A stretch of 64,000 nucleotides of DNA, taken from NCBI GenBank assembly GCA_963664395.2, contig OY761159.2, positions 3,968,001 through 4,032,000 on the forward strand, given 5' to 3'. The stretch comes from Candidatus Binatia bacterium. GTDB taxonomy: Bacteria; Desulfobacterota; Binatia; Bin18. Positions within the stretch are counted from its first letter, which is position 1, and every line of letters begins with the position of its first letter. Made by a program: the position numbers and the translations under genes. Shown one piece after another: positions 58,160-64,000 of the stretch. A model generated the notes under the pieces. It saw only the letters and a list, made by a program, of their open reading frames with translations. It made no database searches and was not told the origin of the DNA.

Positions 58160-61100
58160 ATGGCGGGACCATTCACAGCATATTTCAACGCGATCAAAGG
58201 CCTTGATGCTGCCGAGGCCACCGAGCACACTTTACGCGGCGCACTGGAAACTCTCCTGAACGCCATTGCCGCCGACGCCCGCCTGAATGTTCGGGTCATT
58301 CACGAGCCTAAGCGAGACAAGACCAAGCTGGGCGCACCGGACTTCAAGATCAAACTGAACGAAGCGACGTTGGGCTATCTCGAAACCAAGTCCATTGGCG
58401 ACAACCTGGACGCGGTTCTGCAATCCGTTCAAATCGCCAAATACAAACGATTGTCCGAGAATCTCATCCTGACCGACTATCTGGAGTGGCTCTGGTTGAG
58501 GGACGGTAAAATTATCAAGCGTGAAACGCTGTGCTACCCCAGCGATGCAGGCAACCGCAAGGCCCGGCTCGACTCGGACAAGGCAGAAAAAGTAGCCACG
58601 CTGATTGCCGATTTCCTGTCCGTCCCGCCCGCCAAGTTGGGCAACACTAACACCTTATCCCGTGCGCTGGCTGTGCGGTGTCATGACCTGCGTGATTTCC
58701 TATTAGAAGAACTGGAACGACAGGAGAAGGAACACCAGGAAGGGAAACTGTATGGTCTGTATGAGGTCTTTCAGAAAGAAGTATTTCAGGGACTCATGCT
58801 CAAGGAATTTGCCGATGCTTTTGCCCAAACGCTGGGCTATGGGCTGTTCCTCGCTAAGCTCAATGCCGGGGAGACGACTACCATCACCCTGAGAAACGCC
58901 AAGCAGCATATCTCGACAAATTTTGCCTTACTGCGTGAGTTAGTGAATTTCCTGGACGAGTTAGACCAGGACGAATACCGGGGCATTAGATGGTTGGTAG
59001 AAGAAATCCTCAGCATCATGAACACGCTCGACCTGACCGCTATTCGTGAAGACCTGTCTTTCTCGAAGCGATTAAGCCAGCCTTCTCTGACGACAGACGA
59101 ACGAGAGTTATTTGCCAAAGACCCGTATATCTATTTTTATGAAGACTTCCTGAGAGCGTATGACAAGGATATGAGCCAAAGACGAGGCGTGTATTACACG
59201 CCGCTGCCGGTGGTGTCTTTCATTGTCCGGGCCGTCAATGACCTTCTCAAGGATACGTTTGGCATCTCCTCTGGTTTAGCGGACCGCAAGCGGGTGACGG
59301 TGTTAGACTTTGCGACCGGTACCGGCACCTTTCTCCTGGAAGTGTTGCAACAGATATTCGAGGCTGTCCCTGAGAGTGTCCGTAATCAGGTTGTGCAAGA
59401 ACACGTCCTGAAAAACCTGTACGGCTTTGAATATCTGATTGCCCCGTACACAGTCGCACATTTGAAGCTGTCGCAATTCCTGCGCGACAAAGGCTACGCC
59501 ATGCAGCCCGGCGAGCGGCTGAACATTTATCTGACCAACACCCTGGAACCTATCGAACCACAGCGGAACTTGCTGTTACCGGCGCTGTCACGCGAAGTGG
59601 AGGCAGCCCAGGCAATCAAAGACAAACCCATTCTGGTGATTACCGGCAATCCGCCGTATTCGGGGCATTCAAAAAATAAAGGGAAGTGGATTACCGGGCT
59701 AATAGACACCTATAAGAAAGGTTTTCCAGAATTGAACAAACCGGGACAAGGAAAGTGGCTGCAAGACGATTACGTAAAGTTCATCCGCTTTGCCCAATGG
59801 AAAATGGAACAGGTAGAGGAAGGTGTGGTTGGCATTATCACCAACCATTCCTTTTTGGATAACCCGACTTTCCGAGGAATGCGCCAATCCCTGATGCGTA
59901 CCTTTAATCAGATGTATTTGATGGACCTGCATGGCAACACAGAGAAGAAAGAGAGCACACCAGAGGGCGGCAAGGATGAAAACGTGTTTGACATTAAGCA
60001 GGGCGTAGCAATCTCTCTACTCGTGAAAAAGAAGGGATTGCCAAAGAAAATCTACCGGGCCGACCTATGGGGGAAACGGAAGGAAAAGTATGTCAGTTGT
60101 CTGGAGCGAGACCTAGGTTCGGTAGAGTGGAAGACTTTACACCCTACCGAACCGTTTTACCTGTTTACGGAACGCGACGCCGAATTGGAAAAAAGCTACT
60201 ACGTTCTCTCCTCTCTCCCTGAAATTTTCGGGAGGAACGGCGACCCTGCACCGGGTATCGTTACCACACATGACGGATTCGCTATTTCCTACACGCCGGA
60301 AGAGTCCGTCAGTAAGGTGGAACAATTGCTCGCTACAAAAGATGAACAAGAGGCTCGAAGATACTTCCAGCTATGTAAGCAAAGCCAGTGGAATTATACG
60401 AAGGCAAAGGAAGAACTCGTAAAAAATGGCTGGCGGGAAGAAATTGTTCCCGTCTTATACCGTCCTTTCGATCAACGTTGGACCGTGTTTGATCGCAATG
60501 TGGCTGTACACCGCCGCGAACGGGTTATGTCTCACATGCTGGCTGGGGAGAATGTAGGTATCATTACGACACGAGGCACTAAAGACGAGTGGGCTGTCTT
60601 GGCAACCAAATATATCGTAGCTAATAAGTCAGGCTCACGTTATGACATAAGCTACTTGTTTCCCCTCTACCTCTATCCATCGCTAGAGGGGCAGACAAAA
60701 AGTCGATCCACACTCTTTGCAGACGCCGACCCCTTCCAAGGCAAAGAGCGCATAGAAAATTTCAGTCCCGAGTTCCGGGCGTTTGTGGACAAGCACTATG
60801 CGCACCACTACAGCCCCGAAGAAATCCTGGGCTATATCTATGCGGTTCTCCATAGCCCGACCTATCGAGAGAAATACGTTGACTTCCTGAAAATCGACTT
60901 CCCGCGCATTCCGTTCGTGAACCGGCGCAAGACGTTCGAGGCATTATCGGCCCTTGGTTGGGAACTCATGCAAGCCCACCTGCTCAAAACTATTCCCAAC
61001 GCTCTGACGGTCGATGTCACCGCTGGTGATTTCGAGGTTGAAAAACCGGGATACGACCCGCAACACGAGCGGCTGCATATCAACAAAACGCAGTATTTCT

Positions 61101-61285
61101 CCCCCGTTCCGGCGGACGTGTGGGCGTTTCATATTGGTGGCTATCAAGTGCTCGACAAATACCTCAAATCTCGCAAAGGCCGGACGCTTTCTCTCGATGA
61201 AATCGAGAACGTTCAGAATGTCGTCAACGTACTCCGGTTTACTATTGACCAGATGCGGCGGATTGACGTGAGGTGGAAGCCATGA
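58160..61285 (+). CDS. Single-chain type IIG / helicase-less ISP-like restriction-modification enzyme
   Basis: N-terminal PD...ETK and QIAKY nuclease motifs; GVYYTP, DFATGTG, GNPPY N6-adenine MTase motifs; C-terminal YRPFD, DFPRIP, IGGYQVL specificity-domain motifs. Confidence 0.9.
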   Translation: MAGPFTAYFNAIKGLDAAEATEHTLRGALETLLNAIAADARLNVRVIHEPKRDKTKLGAPDFKIKLNEATLGYLETKSIGDNLDAVLQSVQIAKYKRLSENLILTDYLEWLWLRDGKIIKRETLCYPSDAGNRKARLDSDKAEKVATLIADFLSVPPAKLGNTNTLSRALAVRCHDLRDFLLEELERQEKEHQEGKLYGLYEVFQKEVFQGLMLKEFADAFAQTLGYGLFLAKLNAGETTTITLRNAKQHISTNFALLRELVNFLDELDQDEYRGIRWLVEEILSIMNTLDLTAIREDLSFSKRLSQPSLTTDERELFAKDPYIYFYEDFLRAYDKDMSQRRGVYYTPLPVVSFIVRAVNDLLKDTFGISSGLADRKRVTVLDFATGTGTFLLEVLQQIFEAVPESVRNQVVQEHVLKNLYGFEYLIAPYTVAHLKLSQFLRDKGYAMQPGERLNIYLTNTLEPIEPQRNLLLPALSREVEAAQAIKDKPILVITGNPPYSGHSKNKGKWITGLIDTYKKGFPELNKPGQGKWLQDDYVKFIRFAQWKMEQVEEGVVGIITNHSFLDNPTFRGMRQSLMRTFNQMYLMDLHGNTEKKESTPEGGKDENVFDIKQGVAISLLVKKKGLPKKIYRADLWGKRKEKYVSCLERDLGSVEWKTLHPTEPFYLFTERDAELEKSYYVLSSLPEIFGRNGDPAPGIVTTHDGFAISYTPEESVSKVEQLLATKDEQEARRYFQLCKQSQWNYTKAKEELVKNGWREEIVPVLYRPFDQRWTVFDRNVAVHRRERVMSHMLAGENVGIITTRGTKDEWAVLATKYIVANKSGSRYDISYLFPLYLYPSLEGQTKSRSTLFADADPFQGKERIENFSPEFRAFVDKHYAHHYSPEEILGYIYAVLHSPTYREKYVDFLKIDFPRIPFVNRRKTFEALSALGWELMQAHLLKTIPNALTVDVTAGDFEVEKPGYDPQHERLHINKTQYFSPVPADVWAFHIGGYQVLDKYLKSRKGRTLSLDEIENVQNVVNVLRFTIDQMRRIDVRWKP

Positions 61286-61454
61286 GACGAGGCTCCCTCC
61301 TGCTCCCTCTCCCGCTTGGGAAGGCGAGGCCACCCTGCACCCGAAGGCTCTACCTCTTGGCTAGGCCCTTGACAGACCCTATTACACCTATACTAAGGTG
61401 CGTCTGTCATAGTTCTCAGGATCGGTCCTGGGTGAATGAAGGAGGCTTTAGTAA

Positions 61455-62033
61455 ATGATGGTTATTTTGCTCGGAGTAATAGGGTCTGTCCTCCTCGTGG
61501 TTTGCACTGCGGTAATGATTAAGCTGACCTTCATCGGGTTGCAAATGTTGAAGGCCACCATCCATGCCCCCAGCACTAACGATGACGATCTCGCCGTCGA
61601 CAGCTTCACAGATTTGTTGGAGAAGGCCAGCTTGAACATGACTGTCTATGACGATGGCAACAACATGGAAGGGTCAATCTACACGAAACAGGAAGTCGTC
61701 AATGCCGTCAAAAAGAAGCTAAGCAATGTTCCAAGCTTCACAATGCGCTGCTACTTCAACTATGATGAGAAGGGCACCCTCTTCCGCAAGACGTTTGATG
61801 GCGAGGCCCGGGTGAATATTCGGACGCGCAAGGGCGATCGCCCGGACGACACCCACTACAAGATCATTGACGCCGGCAGGATGGCGTACCTGTCGCAACA
61901 CGGACACGGCTCCCGCCAACGGAAGTTCCAAGTAGTAGACTGTACGAGTGTGAGCAAGTTTGCGCTCAAGAGCGTGACCGATAACATCCTCGGCGAATAC
62001 AAGAAGGACATCGAACAGAAGTTTCCGTCCTAG
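61455..62033 (+). CDS. Membrane-anchored protein with PLD-like domain
   Basis: GGAGG RBS; N-terminal TM; helix/strand pattern then HYKIIDAG resembling a degenerate HKD motif. Confidence 0.6.
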   Translation: MMVILLGVIGSVLLVVCTAVMIKLTFIGLQMLKATIHAPSTNDDDLAVDSFTDLLEKASLNMTVYDDGNNMEGSIYTKQEVVNAVKKKLSNVPSFTMRCYFNYDEKGTLFRKTFDGEARVNIRTRKGDRPDDTHYKIIDAGRMAYLSQHGHGSRQRKFQVVDCTSVSKFALKSVTDNILGEYKKDIEQKFPS

Positions 62034-62037
62034 TCTC

Positions 62038-62409
62038 ATGAACGCTGGTGCTGTGACCGAGTTTCCACCTATCGCGCTGTACGCCTTATTGTCCTTAGCA
62101 GTCGCCGCGCTGTCGTTGGTAGCCGCCTTTTATCGGGAAGCCGCAACGGCGGATACACCGCCGGCGGAGTGGGTTAAACTTCTCGGCCTCTCCTCATTCT
62201 TGAGCATAGGCGCTTGGCTCCACCTGTCAGGCTACCAGCTATGGCAACTCTTCGCCCCTGCCCTTACACCCTCAGCAGCACACAAATTCAACCAATTCGT
62301 GCATTTTGTGATATTAGTGTTACTCGGCTACGTGCTTGCCAAGATATGGTTTTTTTGGGTGAGCAAGCAATCCAGCGCTCAACACACCATGCGCCGCGAA
62401 GGGAACTAG
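62038..62409 (+). CDS. Three-TM hypothetical membrane protein
   Basis: Starts 4 nt after upstream stop; three hydrophobic segments. Confidence 0.65.
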   Translation: MNAGAVTEFPPIALYALLSLAVAALSLVAAFYREAATADTPPAEWVKLLGLSSFLSIGAWLHLSGYQLWQLFAPALTPSAAHKFNQFVHFVILVLLGYVLAKIWFFWVSKQSSAQHTMRREGN

Positions 62410-62634
62410 CAGACGAGTAGTCCCCCCCCTGAGCCAACACGCAAACCAGGGCCAGCAGCCTCGCGTCAGCCGGCCTCCAGCCCATTGACCTGCGGCTTTT
62501 TGCGTTTGCAACTCTTTCTCCCCAAGCCTTGACGCGGTGCTTCGGGCGGGCGCACGATGCAAGAGGCCCCAGGTAAGAGGTCGAGGAGAGCCGCAGATTT
62601 CCCAGACACAGTGCTTAACGCAAAGGAGGCACGT

Positions 62635-63030
62635 ATGGAAACGGCAGTCCTATGTTCCGGTTTACTGGGCTTGTTGGTCTTTGGGCTCGGCTTTATGGTT
62701 TCTATGACACGCGGGAAGACGGACCCCGACAGTGGCGGCAGTTCGGACCCCGCCGACCGCTTACATAAAATGGTACGCGCACACGGCAACGCGACCGAGT
62801 ACGCGCCCATGTTGGCCTTACTCATGCTCATCGTGGCGATGGGCGAGGGCGGCGTCCCGGCCTGGGCTATGTGGACGATGATGCTGGTGACCGCCTGTCG
62901 CTATCTGCACGCCATCGGTATGATCTCCAGCGCGACGCTGGCGAAACCTCATCCACTGCGTGTCGTCGGTGCTCTCGGCACGTATATCGGTGGTGTCGTG
63001 TTGTGTGTCGCGGTGTTTCTGGGCGGTTAG
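62635..63030 (+). CDS. MAPEG family membrane protein
   Basis: RAHGNATEYAP and R.LHA.G motifs; AGGAGG before METAV. Confidence 0.9.
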   Translation: METAVLCSGLLGLLVFGLGFMVSMTRGKTDPDSGGSSDPADRLHKMVRAHGNATEYAPMLALLMLIVAMGEGGVPAWAMWTMMLVTACRYLHAIGMISSATLAKPHPLRVVGALGTYIGGVVLCVAVFLGG

Positions 63031-63196
63031 CTGCATACCTGAGGACGGAGGGCCGCTCTCCCCTTCTGCCCTCACACAATCCCGGCCTGCTCCAATTCCC
63101 GGACGCGTTTGTGGGAGAGGTACCGCGCGCGTCGCCCACTATTCAAGTTTGAGCTTATCGCCTGAATAGCACCGCCCGTGGGGAGACACTACGATG

Positions 63197-63610
63197 TTAC
63201 TGGACAATTGGTGGTTTCCTTGTTTTCACAACAAACGGGATATGCGTCATTGCCCGACCATCGACGGTCACTTCGACGGAATACCGCCCTTCACGGGGTA
63301 CTTTCAGGTTAGACAAACCTACGTTCATGTCCACCACATATCGTTCATGTGCCTCGTTCTGTACGGTCGCTTCAACCGGACCGGAAAGACTGAATCCAAA
63401 ATCACCCTCATGGGAATTCACGTTGAACCCGACCGTGTAGGTGCCGGAGTTCTGAAAGCCAAGCTTCACGAAGACGGTGAATGGCGGTAAGGGCTGCTGA
63501 TAGTCGGAGACACTAAAATCGGTAAAGAGACCCATCAGACTTTTCTTATTACTAACTTCGTGTCTCACATCATCGCAAACGGCCGCGACAAGAACTTGAC
63601 AGTTTTCCAT
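63197..63610 (-). CDS. DUF6941-like beta-rich protein
   Basis: CDDVRHEVSNKKSLMGLF N-terminus and P.EG.Y.V.V.VDG......F.V C-terminus. Confidence 0.7.
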   Translation of the reverse strand: MENCQVLVAAVCDDVRHEVSNKKSLMGLFTDFSVSDYQQPLPPFTVFVKLGFQNSGTYTVGFNVNSHEGDFGFSLSGPVEATVQNEAHERYVVDMNVGLSNLKVPREGRYSVEVTVDGRAMTHIPFVVKTRKPPIVQ

Positions 63611-63634
63611 TCTATCCCACCTGCATAGGCATAC

Positions 63635-63952
63635 CTACCGGCGAGTCGGTAGGTATGCCTGATTCATTTCAATACTCGGCATAGCGCGCGATACAATCGG
63701 CTGGGAGCTGTCATCTTCGATAGCAACCTGCCCAGAGTGTAAAACGTTCAATGGGGTAGGAAAAGGAAGGCGGTCGTGTTCCAAGACTTCCAGCCAGCTA
63801 CACACGGCTATTTTGATCTCGGCTAGTACTTCTTCGGGCGTTTCTCCATATGCCGACAGGTCAGGAATCTCTAAGCAACGCGCCTCCCAGTCTTCCGATT
63901 CTGTGCACTTTTTCCACGTATATGCGTAGGACGGCAATTCATCTACAATCAT
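63635..63952 (-). CDS. hicB: HicB family antitoxin with C-terminal extension
   Basis: W.ARC.EIPDLSAYGETPEE.L.EI..A...WL......P.P pattern; AGGAGG RBS. Confidence 0.82.
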   Translation of the reverse strand: MIVDELPSYAYTWKKCTESEDWEARCLEIPDLSAYGETPEEVLAEIKIAVCSWLEVLEHDRLPFPTPLNVLHSGQVAIEDDSSQPIVSRAMPSIEMNQAYLPTRR

Positions 63953-64000
63953 GGCCTCCTCCTTTTTCTATTATACCCATGCTCTCTGCCCGCTTTAGCA

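Noticed and set aside
61369-61394. TTGACA...TATACT promoter for the PLD-like gene
   Set aside because: Spacer is only 14 nt, so not called as a feature

Overview
GC-rich (roughly mid-50s %, by eye) Gram-negative bacterial chromosome segment; the gene mix (DUF1302/DUF1329/YCF48/RND paralogs, amidohydrolases, F420-type LLM enzyme, DUF1800/DUF1501) is reminiscent of Binatota-like deltaproteobacteria, but that is an inference. Layout: 1-5 kb catabolic/redox enzymes including a DsbA/FrnE-type gene that the ORF track truncates because of an in-frame TGA in a UxxC motif followed by a SECIS-like hairpin (probable selenoprotein); 5.8-22.7 kb a minus-strand envelope-transport superlocus (DUF1302 barrel, two RND/MMPL paralogs, YCF48 propeller, DUF1329 plus a decayed second DUF1329, a Gld-like ABC module, DsbA); acnA; DUF1800/DUF1501; gltX flanked by four tRNAs; PrkA-YeaH-SpoVR; htpG-ispF; an atypical DAHP synthase with a Phe/Tyr-rich candidate leader peptide heading a peptidoglycan-recycling operon; more catabolic enzymes; and a 58-64 kb defence-like tail (single-chain IIG/ISP-like R-M enzyme, membrane-anchored PLD-like protein plus membrane partner, HicB with C-terminal tail plus DUF6941-like gene). 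No CRISPR array, rRNA, transposase or prophage was seen. All family assignments are from motif recognition by eye, not database searches.
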